Part shown: in pieces, positions 30,956-41,325 of the stretch
Layout: each line of letters opens with the position of its first letter
Position numbering within the stretch: position 1 is the first letter of the stretch
Assembly (NCBI GenBank): GCA_001567515.1
Contig: LLEV01000005.1
Span: 54,952 to 118,951, forward strand
Reading direction: 5' to 3'
Source: Microgenomates bacterium OLB22
GTDB lineage: Bacteria > Patescibacteriota > Microgenomatia > UBA1406 > HO2-37-13b
Length of the DNA stretch: 64,000 nt
Notes under the pieces: generated by a model
Database searches by the model: none
Told to the model about the DNA's origin: nothing
What the model saw: the letters and a program-made list of their open reading frames with translations, nothing else
Translations under genes and position numbers: made by a program

Positions 30956-31330
30956 TTAATATATTTCTGCTGCCAAACTAGCAATCTTGTTATATCCGGC
31001 TGTTTTTACTTCTCGTGCTAAAGGGCCAAAAAAGCGAGACCCCTTTGGTTCTTTAGATGTTCTACTTTCAAGGAGTACACAGGCATTGTCATCAAAGCGT
31101 ACATAACTCCCGTCGTCACGCTTAGATTCTTTACGGGTCCGCACCACTACAGCATGCGCCACATCTCCTTTTTTTACCTGCCCGTTTGGGTCAGCCTTCT
31201 TCACAACTACCGTGACAACATCAGATATGCGGGCTATCTTCTTGTTCCCTTTACCTGGCACACCAATAACATGAGCTGTAATAGCCCCACTATTGTCTGC
31301 CACTTGTAATACTGATCGAAGTTGAACCAT
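30956..31330 (-). CDS. rplN: 50S ribosomal protein L14
   Basis: 124 aa L14. Confidence 0.9.
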   Translation of the reverse strand: MVQLRSVLQVADNSGAITAHVIGVPGKGNKKIARISDVVTVVVKKADPNGQVKKGDVAHAVVVRTRKESKRDDGSYVRFDDNACVLLESRTSKEPKGSRFFGPLAREVKTAGYNKIASLAAEIY

Positions 31331-31335
31331 AGTTA

Positions 31336-31572
31336 TTACTTTGTAACGTTAGCTACAACGATGAAATGTTTGTGTCGAGACAGAGGACGCGTTTCCTTGA
31401 TCTGGACGCTATCTCCTTCTTTCATCTCTACCCCATTTGATCCTGCTAGATACTTCTTGTGCCTCTTGATTGTCTTTTCATACAGCTTATGCTGAAAGGC
31501 TCTTTCGACCCTTACCACAACTGTATCCGTCATTTTCATGGAGACTACTGTACCGGTTAGTGTTTTTGCCAT
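31336..31572 (-). CDS. rpsQ: 30S ribosomal protein S17
   Basis: 78 aa S17. Confidence 0.9.
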   Translation of the reverse strand: MAKTLTGTVVSMKMTDTVVVRVERAFQHKLYEKTIKRHKKYLAGSNGVEMKEGDSVQIKETRPLSRHKHFIVVANVTK

Positions 31573-31578
31573 AATTAA

Positions 31579-31785
31579 TTAGTGTGTGCTACTAGATGAT
31601 CTCATTAGAGTCGCGATGACCGCAATTTTTCTTTTCAAGATGCCATAGGCATTTGTATCTTTTTGTGTATGCGCAAGCATACCCTTTTTTAGCTCTACAG
31701 CCTTCTGTCTTAGGGCTTCTAGTTCCTTCTGTAAACCTCCTAAATCCTTCTGTGCTTGTTCTTGCTTGTATTTACTGTGTTTCAT
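31579..31785 (-). CDS. rpmC: 50S ribosomal protein L29
   Basis: 68 aa helical L29. Confidence 0.8.
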   Translation of the reverse strand: MKHSKYKQEQAQKDLGGLQKELEALRQKAVELKKGMLAHTQKDTNAYGILKRKIAVIATLMRSSSSTH

Positions 31786-32192
31786 AGGTCCTTAGATACA
31801 AAGCGCGCCCTAACAGGGAGCTTTGATGAAATGTTCTTAAAAACTTTACGAGCATTGGGCTCATCTAGACCAGTTAACTCAAATAACATTCTTCCAGGAG
31901 TTACAGATGCGACGTAGTGCGAAACTTCACCCTTGCCTCCACCCATAGTTACCTCTGGTGGTTTCTTGGTGTAAGGTTTGTCAGGAAATATTCGAATCCA
32001 GAATTTTCCTATCTTGCGAGTTGCACGTGATAGTATAACACGACAAGCCTCAATTTGGCGATCAGTTATCCAACCAGGTTCAGTAGTTCGGATGCCATAG
32101 TCGCCAAAGGAGACTTCAACACCCTTAGTTGCTACTTTTCGCCAGGTCCCACGGAAATGGCGTCTATGTTTCATTCTCTTAGGTTGCAACAT
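31782..32192 (-). CDS. rplP: 50S ribosomal protein L16
   Basis: MLQPKRMKHRRHFRG... Confidence 0.9.
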   Translation of the reverse strand: MLQPKRMKHRRHFRGTWRKVATKGVEVSFGDYGIRTTEPGWITDRQIEACRVILSRATRKIGKFWIRIFPDKPYTKKPPEVTMGGGKGEVSHYVASVTPGRMLFELTGLDEPNARKVFKNISSKLPVRARFVSKDL

Positions 32193-32195
32193 GTC

Positions 32196-32837
32196 TTATC
32201 TGGCAATCCAAACTTTTATACCAACGTATCCTGATTTTGTGAGAGCGGGGTAACGAGCAAAGTCGATATCCTCGCGAAGGGTAGATGTGGAGACTGTTCC
32301 CTTATGCGACTTCTCAATGCGACTAATTACAGCACCACCAATACGCCCGCCCAGCTGAATTTTCACGCCTTTTGCACCTGACTCCATTACTTTATCCATA
32401 GTTAGATGCACAACTCTCCTATGTGGAAGATTGTGTACGAGCTTACCTGCAATATCTGCAGCTACATATTGAGCATTAAGAAATGGCTGTTTTACTGGCT
32501 CAATCTTAAAGTCGGTCTTGATCTTTGTATTTGTCTTGCTGGTCTTGTTAATTGTTTCATCGATGAACTTCTTTACATCCTCAAGGCCCTTTCCACCTCG
32601 ACCGATGATCATCCCCGGCTTTACGGCATGGATAATAATAGTAATCTTATTTATGGCACGCTCTATCTCAACTTGTGTGACAGCTGCAAAGTTAAACTTT
32701 TTCATGATCCCTTCTCTGATCTTTATGTCTTCAAGCAAAAAGGTCCTAAATACTTTTTTATCAGGGAAAAGCCATCGTGATTCCCACGTTTTGTTTACTC
32801 CCAGTCTATATCCATGCGGATTTACTTTTTGTCCCAT
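32196..32837 (-). CDS. rpsC: 30S ribosomal protein S3
   Basis: MGQKVNPHGYRLG..., KH domain. Confidence 0.9.
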   Translation of the reverse strand: MGQKVNPHGYRLGVNKTWESRWLFPDKKVFRTFLLEDIKIREGIMKKFNFAAVTQVEIERAINKITIIIHAVKPGMIIGRGGKGLEDVKKFIDETINKTSKTNTKIKTDFKIEPVKQPFLNAQYVAADIAGKLVHNLPHRRVVHLTMDKVMESGAKGVKIQLGGRIGGAVISRIEKSHKGTVSTSTLREDIDFARYPALTKSGYVGIKVWIAR

Positions 32838-32838
32838 A

Positions 32839-33312
32839 TTATTTGGTCTTGCTCTTGCTAATTTTTGATACTGCTTTTGCTATTTTTATTGGTTTTTCTC
32901 CGGTAACTGATTTTTCTACTTTCTGTTCAACCCTTGGTACTACTGTGATCTCAGATCCTTTAGTTTTGGCTTCTCCTTTGGAAGGAGCTACAGTCAACAT
33001 AATAGTAATATGTGATGTCTTACGAACATATCTTTTAGCTGATCCCTTACTACCAGCTCTGAAACGCTTAAATCCGGGCCCTTCATCTACACGTACTTCC
33101 TTAAAAGCTAGGGTCTGAACCTCAAGTTGCCTCTGCTTGGCACTATCCAGGGCCGCTAGGATACTCTTTCGAAAAAATTTTGCAGCACGATCTTGCATCA
33201 AAGCCAAACGCTTGGTTGCCACAACAGGATGCATACGCTTGATAGCTGCACGTAAAATACGTAGTTTCCTAGGAGCAATATGTATATACCGAGTTGATGT
33301 CTTGATTTCCAT
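32839..33312 (-). CDS. rplV: 50S ribosomal protein L22 with Lys-rich C-terminal extension
   Basis: ARYIHIAPRKLRIL core; follows rplB directly with no S19 between. Confidence 0.9.
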   Translation of the reverse strand: MEIKTSTRYIHIAPRKLRILRAAIKRMHPVVATKRLALMQDRAAKFFRKSILAALDSAKQRQLEVQTLAFKEVRVDEGPGFKRFRAGSKGSAKRYVRKTSHITIMLTVAPSKGEAKTKGSEITVVPRVEQKVEKSVTGEKPIKIAKAVSKISKSKTK

Positions 33313-33319
33313 ACCTTAT

Positions 33320-34084
33320 TTAAGATCGACCTTGTCTCTTTGTCTTGATAATAAACTTATCTGACCACTTTGGTCGTCGTGTTTTCTTACCCATTGCTGG
33401 TTTACCCCATGGGGTTTTTGGATGAGATCCAGTACCACTCCGACCCTCTCCTCCTCCATGTGGATGAGATTTTGGATTTTGGGCAACACCTCTGACGGAG
33501 GGACGGATCCCGAGCCACCTTTTTCTTCCTGCTTTACCAAGATGAGTAAGTTTATGTTGACTATTGGCGATTCTACCTATTGTAGCATAACAATCGCCCA
33601 GAACCCTTCGAATTTCACGTGAAGGCATTCTGATATCTACATAGTCACCATCTTTGGCTGAGACCACTGCTGATGAGCCAGCACTTTTGACCATCTGGCC
33701 TCCTTGACCGGAGTATAGTTCGATGTTATGTATTTCTGTCCCAAGGGGGATATTCTTGATAGGCATCGCATTCCCTGGTCTGATATCCGCTTGAGTAGAA
33801 GACATTACTACATCGCCCACGGCTAGTCCTTCGGGCACGATTATATACCTCTTCTCACCATCGGCATACTCCAGAAGAGCAATTGGAGAGGTACGATTTG
33901 GATCATATTGTATATCAATTATAGTTGCTGATATGTCTTTCTTGTCCCTTTTCCAATCTATCACTCGATAAAAGCGCTTATGTCTACCCCCTTGATGACG
34001 AATAGAAATACTACCAGAGTTATCTCTTCCGGATCTCTTCTTTAGGATTTTCTTCAAAGACTTTGGTACTACTGATGATTTCAT
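33320..34084 (-). CDS. rplB: 50S ribosomal protein L2
   Basis: C-terminal [25 protein letters not shown]... Confidence 0.9.
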   Translation of the reverse strand: MKSSVVPKSLKKILKKRSGRDNSGSISIRHQGGRHKRFYRVIDWKRDKKDISATIIDIQYDPNRTSPIALLEYADGEKRYIIVPEGLAVGDVVMSSTQADIRPGNAMPIKNIPLGTEIHNIELYSGQGGQMVKSAGSSAVVSAKDGDYVDIRMPSREIRRVLGDCYATIGRIANSQHKLTHLGKAGRKRWLGIRPSVRGVAQNPKSHPHGGGEGRSGTGSHPKTPWGKPAMGKKTRRPKWSDKFIIKTKRQGRS

Positions 34085-34145
34085 AGGTATTACTGATTAA
34101 ATAATTCGATGGTGCCCTCCTTAAGAGTGACATAGGCAATTTTTT

Positions 34146-34403
34146 CTATCTGGCTGCTTTACAAGCAGACCTTTTCGTCCTTTTCTCTTTTTCTTTGCCT
34201 TTTCGGACGACGACTCTAACAGCACCAACCTTCACCTTATATAGCAAAGCAAGTGCTTGAGAAACATGTTGCTTTGTCGAAGAAAGAGCCACCTCAAAAG
34301 CAACCACCCTCGTATCTTTCTTAGAGACGCTCTTTTCTGTGATGATTGGTTTGATGATATAGTCGGTGAGTAGCATATTAGATTCGTTGTAATAGACTTT
34401 CAA
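34146..34403 (-). CDS. rplW: 50S ribosomal protein L23
   Basis: 85 aa, DYIIKPIITEKSV. Confidence 0.85.
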   Translation of the reverse strand: MKVYYNESNMLLTDYIIKPIITEKSVSKKDTRVVAFEVALSSTKQHVSQALALLYKVKVGAVRVVVRKGKEKEKRTKRSACKAAR

Positions 34404-35052
34404 TACTTGCCGGAGTCATGAGTAAACAAGTATGAGTGATAACATCGTAAGCATTGAGACTATCAGTATGCACAGGACTAACCCGCGCCATATTGCGAGC
34501 GGATAGACTAATAGCACTATCTTGCGAGGTACCCACTAACAACACACGACGAGGGTCAATATCTTTAACTGCAGTCATAAAGGTGGCAAAGTTCTTAGTC
34601 TTACCCTTAAAATCAATTCCCGTGTCCAGAACTCGAATTTGTTTGTCGATCACTTTTTGACTCAGTACGGCCATCATGACTTTCTTTAGCTGCTTTTTAT
34701 TGATTAATAGTTCTCTCTTGAGTGCTCTAGGACCATGAGTCACTCCACCTCCTACAAATAGCGAAGCTTTCCTGTTTCCGTGACGAGCATTTCCTGTTCC
34801 TTTTTGGCGGTAGATCTTACGGCTTGAACCAGCGACCTCTCCACGCGTCTTTGCTTCTCTACTCTGAGGATGCTGATTGCTCATATACACACGCATATAC
34901 TGAGCTATCAAGGCATCAGATGCACTCTGCGCAAAGATTCTTTCCGGAAGTTCAATCTCACGAACAACTGAGCCTGTACTATCAATAACAGGTACCATTA
35001 GCCCTGCTTTTTTTGCTTTCTTCGTAGTAGTAGTTTTTACATTTTTTTCCAT
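34378..35052 (-). CDS. rplD: 50S ribosomal protein L4
   Basis: 224 aa L4. Confidence 0.9.
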   Translation of the reverse strand: MEKNVKTTTTKKAKKAGLMVPVIDSTGSVVREIELPERIFAQSASDALIAQYMRVYMSNQHPQSREAKTRGEVAGSSRKIYRQKGTGNARHGNRKASLFVGGGVTHGPRALKRELLINKKQLKKVMMAVLSQKVIDKQIRVLDTGIDFKGKTKNFATFMTAVKDIDPRRVLLVGTSQDSAISLSARNMARVSPVHTDSLNAYDVITHTCLLMTPASIESLLQRI

Positions 35053-35124
35053 GATCTTTTCGTATATTATTATTCTTCTGAAGTTGAATCTTGCACCTCT
35101 TCAACTACCTGCTCAGCAACTGGC

Positions 35125-35841
35125 TCAGCATCTTGCTCGATCACCGCAGCAGGAGCATCTTGACGCTTGTGAGCTTGCTTTTTTTGACGAACGTATCAAA
35201 ATGACGCCTTGCTGTGGCCCTGGGATAAGTCCCTTGACAAGAACTTCGTCTTCGGTGAGACCAACAATTCGTAGATGCTTGATAGTCACAGTCTCCACAC
35301 CCATATTACCAGCCATCTTCTTCCCCTTATATACTCTACCAGGAGTTGCGGATTGGCCAATAGAACCAGGGGCACGGAGCCTATCTGACTGGCCATGTGT
35401 CTTCGGACCTCCAGCGAAGCCATGTCTTTTTACCACACCCTGAAATCCTTTACCTTTTGAAGTCGCCTGGACATCTACTAACTGCCCTTTATAAAAAAGC
35501 GTTGATGGGACCAGTCTTGCACCTATCACTAGATCGACATCACCAAGATGAAGCGATTTCCCATCTTCAGATACTTCAAAAGAGTCAATTCTGATCTCTC
35601 GGATATGACGAAGCGGCTCTTTTACATTGTAGCTCTTGAGCTGACCCTGCTGGGTCTTTCGGATCCTCTTCGCCTCATCATATGCGACTATCAAGGCATT
35701 ATACCCATCTTTCTGTGCAATTCGATAGCCAAGGAGGATACAATCATGTGCCTTTACCGAAGTTACAGGCATACGAATACCGTCCTCGTCTATATATTGT
35801 TCTGTCTTATTTTTATATCCAATTATTGTTTGCATGTTCAA
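35125..35841 (-). CDS. rplC: 50S ribosomal protein L3 (C-terminal 20 aa possibly mis-framed at a T7 run 35178-35184)
   Basis: L3 core through ...GVILIRSSKK; annotated tail ASSQASRCSCCGDRARC is odd; a 6-nt run would give an acidic tail ending at 35079. Confidence 0.85.
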   Translation of the reverse strand: MNMQTIIGYKNKTEQYIDEDGIRMPVTSVKAHDCILLGYRIAQKDGYNALIVAYDEAKRIRKTQQGQLKSYNVKEPLRHIREIRIDSFEVSEDGKSLHLGDVDLVIGARLVPSTLFYKGQLVDVQATSKGKGFQGVVKRHGFAGGPKTHGQSDRLRAPGSIGQSATPGRVYKGKKMAGNMGVETVTIKHLRIVGLTEDEVLVKGLIPGPQQGVILIRSSKKASSQASRCSCCGDRARC

Positions 35842-35948
35842 AAAAAAAAGATCCCGATAGAGATCAGTACTGATCTTACACGTCTGTATTTTGCATCGGT
35901 GATTATAAAGAGAAATGACTGTTAAGTCAATCCCGCTTCATAATAGAC

Positions 35949-36260
35949 TTAAATCATTTTTACTTCGACGCTGACACCTGCTGGAAGATCCAAATGTGTT
36001 AGGGCGTCGATCGTCTGATTAGTAGGATTTACTACGTCTAACAACCTCTTATGTATTTTCAAACCAAAATATTCACGGCTATCCTTATCTACAAAAGTAG
36101 ACTTTGTCACTACATATTTTTCAATTCTAGTAGGTAGAGGAATAGGTCCAAGGAAAGATGCCCCTGTCTTCGTGGCTGTATCAACAAGTCTTTGGCACAC
36201 ATCATCTAGTATGAGGTGATCAAAAGACTTGAGTCTTATTCGTATTTTTCCTTTTGGCAT
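35949..36260 (-). CDS. rpsJ: 30S ribosomal protein S10
   Basis: 103 aa S10. Confidence 0.9.
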   Translation of the reverse strand: MPKGKIRIRLKSFDHLILDDVCQRLVDTATKTGASFLGPIPLPTRIEKYVVTKSTFVDKDSREYFGLKIHKRLLDVVNPTNQTIDALTHLDLPAGVSVEVKMI

Positions 36261-36261
36261 G

Positions 36262-36300
36262 GTGCTTGATAATAATGAACCGGGCCGCCGAGGCGGCCCG
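36262..36300 (-). terminator. GC-rich hairpin (intrinsic terminator/attenuator) between tuf and rpsJ
   Basis: CGGGCCGCC / GGCGGCCCG stem at 36281-36300 followed on the minus strand by UUCAUUAUUAUC; lies immediately 5' of rpsJ. Confidence 0.5.
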
Positions 36301-36309
36301 AGTCAATTT

Positions 36310-37494
36310 TTACTTATGTATCTTGGTAACTACTCCTGCTCCGACAGTTTTACCACCTTCACGAAGAGCAAATTTTGTTCCCTCTTCAAGTGCGATTGGG
36401 TAAATGAGCTTAGCATTAACTTTAATATTGTCCCCTGGCATAACCATCTCCACACCTGCAGGTAGTTCAACTTCACCAGTCACATCAGTGGTACGGATAT
36501 AGAATTGTGGTCTGTATCCAGTAAAGAAAGGACTGTGTCTACCACCTTCTTCCTTGTTGAGGATATAGACTTCTGCTTCAAACTCGGTATGAGGAGTTAC
36601 TGAACCTGGCTTGGCAATGACTTGACCACGCTCCACATCATCCTTTTCAATACCTCGGAGAAGAAGGCCAACGTTATCACCGGCTTGGCCACTATCAAGA
36701 GTCTTACGGAACATTTCAATTCCAGTTGTTACTGTCTTAACGGTCTCCTTGGCTAGTCCTATGATCTCGACCTCATCATTTACTTTGAGGACACCTCTAT
36801 CAACTCTACCTGTTACAACAGTACCTCTACCTTTGATGGTAAAGACATCTTCAACAGGCATGAGGAATGGCTTATCGATGTCTCTCTCTGGATCAGGGAC
36901 GAATGAATCAACTGCAGCCATAAGCTCTTCAATAGCCTTTTCTGCTTCGGGATCCCCCTCTAGAGCTTTGAGTGCTGAACCCTTGATGATAGGGGTAGTA
37001 TCACCTGGATACTCATATTTATTAAGAAGATCACGTATCTCCATCTCAACAAGTTCCAAAATCTCAGGATCTGCAACCATGTCTGTCTTATTCATGAATA
37101 CGACGATAGCAGGAACACCGACTTGTCGTGAAAGAAGAATATGTTCTCGAGTCTGTGGCATAGGGCCATCAGGAGCTGAAACAACGAGGATAGCCCCGTC
37201 CATCTGCGCAGCACCAGTGATCATGTTTTTAATGTAATCCGCATGTCCTGGGGCGTCGATGTGGGCATAATGCCTTTTTTCAGTCTCATACTCTTGGTGA
37301 GAAATGTTGATGGTGACTCCACGAGCTCTTTCCTCTGGAGCACTATCAATCTGATCATAGCTTCGGGCTTTTGCCAAGCCCTTTTTTGCAAGAACGGTAG
37401 TAATTGCAGATGTAAGTGTAGTTTTACCATGGTCAACGTGACCAATAGTACCTATGTTTACGTGAGGTTTTGTACGTTGAAATGTGTCTGCCAT
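36310..37494 (-). CDS. tuf: elongation factor Tu
   Basis: 394 aa, [23 protein letters not shown]. Confidence 0.95.
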   Translation of the reverse strand: MADTFQRTKPHVNIGTIGHVDHGKTTLTSAITTVLAKKGLAKARSYDQIDSAPEERARGVTINISHQEYETEKRHYAHIDAPGHADYIKNMITGAAQMDGAILVVSAPDGPMPQTREHILLSRQVGVPAIVVFMNKTDMVADPEILELVEMEIRDLLNKYEYPGDTTPIIKGSALKALEGDPEAEKAIEELMAAVDSFVPDPERDIDKPFLMPVEDVFTIKGRGTVVTGRVDRGVLKVNDEVEIIGLAKETVKTVTTGIEMFRKTLDSGQAGDNVGLLLRGIEKDDVERGQVIAKPGSVTPHTEFEAEVYILNKEEGGRHSPFFTGYRPQFYIRTTDVTGEVELPAGVEMVMPGDNIKVNAKLIYPIALEEGTKFALREGGKTVGAGVVTKIHK

Positions 37495-37600
37495 AACAAA
37501 TATGTAACAATAACTGTATAACAGTGGTTATTGTACCCAAACGGACTCTTTTTTGCAACAAAATACTCTTTGAGGTAATCTGTATGGAGACAGGAGCATA

Positions 37601-38545
37601 TTATTCTACTTTTTTTGCATAGCTGGAAGATATCCAGCCAAAGAGCCCTTTCTTATATTCAATCTTATACCACCCAGTTTGCTGACCAGCAATAACGTAC
37701 TTCTCCCCCGGATTTACCTTAGCAGCCTCAGATGCTGTTGTAGAAGGCTCAACTCTCACTCTCAACCAACCTGTGGGGGTATCCAATATCTCAATGGAAC
37801 TTCCACCCGTAGATGCTGAAGCTGTGGTTTGTGGCGTAGGAGTTGTTGACCTTGTGGGAGTCGGGCTTATTGACTTAGCTGATGAGGTAGCAACTTGAAG
37901 TCCGGCAGACCCAGATGCAGCAGATAGCTCGTCGATCTTCTTCACTGAAGAGTCTACTGCTAGCTTGAAATAAGCTATTACCTCATAACCCTTTTCTACA
38001 CGTACTTTCTTCTGTTTTCTGAAAAATCCGGATGATACTATCGTGATCTCATGGATGCCTTGCTCAGCTTCAACTGATTGTAATGGCGATATACCTACCT
38101 CTTCACCATCTATAAGTACTAAAGCCCCCTTAGGATCAGTATCAACACTAATGAGTCCTTTATCACGAGCGTTATCCGATTTTCTTACAGTCAGTATGAT
38201 GCCTGAAGATGAGTTAGCATCTAGACCAAGCTCTTGTTCAACCTCTGTGCGAGCATTGGAATACACATCAATGGTTCCCTCCCAAGGGATAGCGTTGGTA
38301 CTTGTATCTACAGGCTCAAGTCTCAAGGTGTATGATCCCACTGGATAGGTCTTTTCTAGTGACGTTGTCCCAAGTTCCTTACCATTTATTATGACCTTAG
38401 CTAAGGGGGAAGAAAGTACTTTCAAAACGCCATTCTGAGATCGACTCTTGAGAAAGAAAAAAGATAGTACAATGGCTGTTAAGAAACCTGCAACCAGGAT
38501 AAGTAGGAATACTATCTTTGATTTCATGGGCATATCATAATCCAA
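37601..38545 (-). CDS. membrane-anchored PEGA-domain / C-terminal SH3b-domain protein
   Basis: N-terminal TM; two PEGA-like units (LAKVIINGKELGTTS..., ALVLIDGEEVGISPL...); Thr/Pro/Ser linker; C-terminal GWLRVR...GWYKIEYKKGLFGWISSSY typical of bacterial SH3. Confidence 0.55.
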   Translation of the reverse strand: MDYDMPMKSKIVFLLILVAGFLTAIVLSFFFLKSRSQNGVLKVLSSPLAKVIINGKELGTTSLEKTYPVGSYTLRLEPVDTSTNAIPWEGTIDVYSNARTEVEQELGLDANSSSGIILTVRKSDNARDKGLISVDTDPKGALVLIDGEEVGISPLQSVEAEQGIHEITIVSSGFFRKQKKVRVEKGYEVIAYFKLAVDSSVKKIDELSAASGSAGLQVATSSAKSISPTPTRSTTPTPQTTASASTGGSSIEILDTPTGWLRVRVEPSTTASEAAKVNPGEKYVIAGQQTGWYKIEYKKGLFGWISSSYAKKVE

Positions 38546-38588
38546 TAGGACACGTCAGACAACATTACTAACCATTACTATATATATC

Positions 38589-39866
38589 ATGGCAGCGAAA
38601 AAAAGCACTTTTGTATGTGAAAACTGCGGAGAGCACCACCTCCAGTGGTACGGTAGATGTCCCAGCTGTAATGCATGGAACAGTGTGGTCGAGAATACCG
38701 ATCCCTCAAAACGATCAGGGGGTATCAAGGCTGCTCAGACTATCAAAGCCTCACAAGCTGCAACAATCTACAATAAAATGCATACCGCTATCGGCGAGTT
38801 CGATGATGTCCTCAACGGAGGCTTCGTCCCTGGACAAACAATTTTGTTGACCGGCGAGCCAGGAATAGGTAAATCCAGTCTTGTAGTCCAGGTTTGTGCC
38901 GCTTATCCAAGTTATTATATCGCTGGAGAGGAATCGGTCAATCAGATAACAGCCCGTCTTGATAGGCTAAAGCTCCAAAAAAATGCTTTTACCTTTACTG
39001 AGGAGACCAACATTGAGGCAATCAGAGAAAGTCTCGATATCCATAAGGATAGCTTTAGGCTTATCATAGTTGATTCCATTCAAACGGTATGGTCGCGAGA
39101 ATCCTCAGGTGCCGCTGGGACAGTGGGGCAGATCAATGCTTGTACACATGCTTTGATCGAATTTGCAAAAGAACACGACAAAGTGGTCATAATAGTTGGA
39201 CATGTCACAAAGTCCGGCGATATAGCAGGGCCAAAAACGCTTGAGCACTATGTTGATACTGTCGTCCATTTTGAAGGAGACAAAAATCAGGGATATCGTA
39301 TCTTGCGTTGTAAGAAAAATAGATTTGGTACAACAGATGAGATTGGTATTTTTGAGATGAGAGAAGATGGACTTCATCAACATTCTTCATCGACTCTCTT
39401 AGACGACTTTAGCCCAGCTCCTGGCAAGATCATCGCTGGGACACTCGAAGGTCGGAGAGCACTTTTTTTGGAAATACAGACTTTAGTCGTAGACACGAAG
39501 TTTACAAATCCCCGTCGCGTATGTGTAGGCTATGATACCAACAAGATTTTGATGCTATTGGCAGTACTACAAAAGCATCTCGCCATTCATCTAGAGCAAA
39601 AAGACATCTACATCTCAATCATGGGAGGAGTTGAGATAAAAAACCCACTTGTAGAGCTCGGGATCATCGCATCAGTTCTATCTTCCTACCGAAACAAACC
39701 GTTCCCTGCGACATTCTGCTTTTCGGGGGAGGTTGACCTTTTGGGAAGAATTAGGACACGGTTTAGATTAGATAATCTTGTAAAACAGGCTGCAAAATTA
39801 CCTACTCCCCAACTCATATCAGCTGAGAAAGTTTCCAATGTCCTCGAGCTTTTCAAATTGCTTTAG
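38589..39866 (+). CDS. radA: DNA repair protein RadA/Sms
   Basis: N-terminal C4 zinc finger (CENCGE...CPSCNAW), Walker A GEPGIGKSSL, KNRFG motif, Lon-like C-terminal domain. Confidence 0.9.
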   Translation: MAAKKSTFVCENCGEHHLQWYGRCPSCNAWNSVVENTDPSKRSGGIKAAQTIKASQAATIYNKMHTAIGEFDDVLNGGFVPGQTILLTGEPGIGKSSLVVQVCAAYPSYYIAGEESVNQITARLDRLKLQKNAFTFTEETNIEAIRESLDIHKDSFRLIIVDSIQTVWSRESSGAAGTVGQINACTHALIEFAKEHDKVVIIVGHVTKSGDIAGPKTLEHYVDTVVHFEGDKNQGYRILRCKKNRFGTTDEIGIFEMREDGLHQHSSSTLLDDFSPAPGKIIAGTLEGRRALFLEIQTLVVDTKFTNPRRVCVGYDTNKILMLLAVLQKHLAIHLEQKDIYISIMGGVEIKNPLVELGIIASVLSSYRNKPFPATFCFSGEVDLLGRIRTRFRLDNLVKQAAKLPTPQLISAEKVSNVLELFKLL

Positions 39867-39877
39867 GCGGGCGCAAA

Positions 39878-40942
39878 TCATGATGATTTTTGAGCGGTCT
39901 GTGATATAGTCTGGAGTATCCATATAAATAGTCCTAGCAATATAAATACAGAGAAGAATGCAAGTAGCTTTTCTCCAGTGGTCTCTAGAAAGAGGAGACT
40001 TGAGCCAAACAAAAGAGAAACGAAGAGATAGAAAAGAGATATTCGTCTTCTTCCCCATCCCGCAGCTAGGAGGCGATGATGAAAATGCCCCGCGTCTCCT
40101 TGAAGAGGGGACTTTCCGGAGAAAACCCTTCGAGTCATAACATAACATGCATCTGTAATAGGGATAGCAAGTACTACACCAAGCGTCCCTACTTTAGTAT
40201 ATGAGAGTAAGGACAAGAACCCCAGCAGATAACCCGCCAAAGTACCCCCAGCATAACCGGGCATTATCTTCTGAGGATAAAAACTCCAAAAGAAAAAGCC
40301 TGCGAATATACCTGAACACAGATACGCAAAACGAGCAACATGCACAACTGAGACTTCATAAGCACCCACTCGATGGGCAAAGTACCCCATAAAAGAAAAA
40401 TGCAACAGCGACAAATCCTGATAACTGTCCATCCAGACCTGAACTCCAACTCACGAAGTTCATGAGTGAAAGTATCCATATAATGGCGACTATATCGGCA
40501 AGTACCAATATGTTCTTCCCCCAGATATCTAACGTAAAGAGTGGTGAATCGAGACGAATTACCCCTCCAAAGGGATTAGATATGTATGGGATACCGAGTC
40601 CCGACATCACAACCGTTGATACTATAACTGCTGTAATAATAAGTCGAAGTAGGGGTTTTAGATCATATCGGTCATCCAACAATCCCAGTCCTACTATCCC
40701 ACCCGCACCTAGGAGGATTGAAAACAATTGCTTATCAACAGGAAAACGCAACAATACATAACCCATGAGGATACCCATATAAATTGCAAGACCCCCAGCA
40801 CGAGATACTATCCCCCGATGGGTAGTTGCTGGATGAAAAACGCTTATCTGGATCGTCTACCAAACCGACTCGAGGGGAAAGAGCAATTGCTAGTGGAGTG
40901 GTGATGTTAATAAGAAAAAAATGCTGTGATGAACTCTATCAT
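39878..40942 (-). CDS. polyprenyl-phosphate HexNAc-1-phosphate transferase (WecA/TagO/MraY superfamily, WecA-like), fragmented by about 3 frameshifts
   Basis: N-terminus ...SPRVGLVDDPDKR then FHPATTHRGIVSRAGGLAI (WecA DxPxxRKxH...PxxGG); LGLLDD, NFVSWSSGLDG (NxxNxxDGxDG), WSFYPQKIMPGYAGGTLAG. Pieces rejoin at A7 40915-40921, A5 40836-40840 and a site in 40385-40400. Confidence 0.7.
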
Positions 40943-40983
40943 AGGTCGTTATAGCAATCCAACTAAAAAGCCACATGTTCTTA

Positions 40984-41319
40984 TCATACAATACGTAGAA
41001 GAATCTGGATAAATAGTAATGTTGTAAAAATCATGAGTGATATGTTCATATACATAAATATGGACTGATATAGGGAATTTTCCTTGAGCAGGAACTTAAC
41101 AAGTACTTGATTTAGAACGATCGAAAGATACAGACTCAATGGGATGATGAAGATATGGAGTAAGGGAGCAATATGCTTTTCCTTCTCAATATAGCTGTAA
41201 TAGAGTGGTATCTCGGGCGGCAAGCGCAGAAAAAGAAGAAAGAATGCAGCAAACATAGTAGTACTACAGACAGTAAGAAGTAGGAATATGTTTCTTTTGG
41301 ACAAAACAGGGGTTTGCAT
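40984..41319 (-). CDS. hypothetical small integral membrane protein
   Basis: 111 aa, 3 predicted TM helices. Confidence 0.3.
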   Translation of the reverse strand: MQTPVLSKRNIFLLLTVCSTTMFAAFFLLFLRLPPEIPLYYSYIEKEKHIAPLLHIFIIPLSLYLSIVLNQVLVKFLLKENSLYQSIFMYMNISLMIFTTLLFIQILLRIV

Positions 41320-41325
41320 AGTTTA

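Noticed and set aside
36749-37237. Antisense ORFs inside tuf, rpoC, rpoB, rpsC, fusA and other conserved genes (e.g. 36749..37237, 52723..53301, 32406..32780, 56793..57164, 49862..50179)
   Set aside because: They lie opposite strongly conserved genes, have biased low-complexity composition and no motifs; typical spurious antisense frames.
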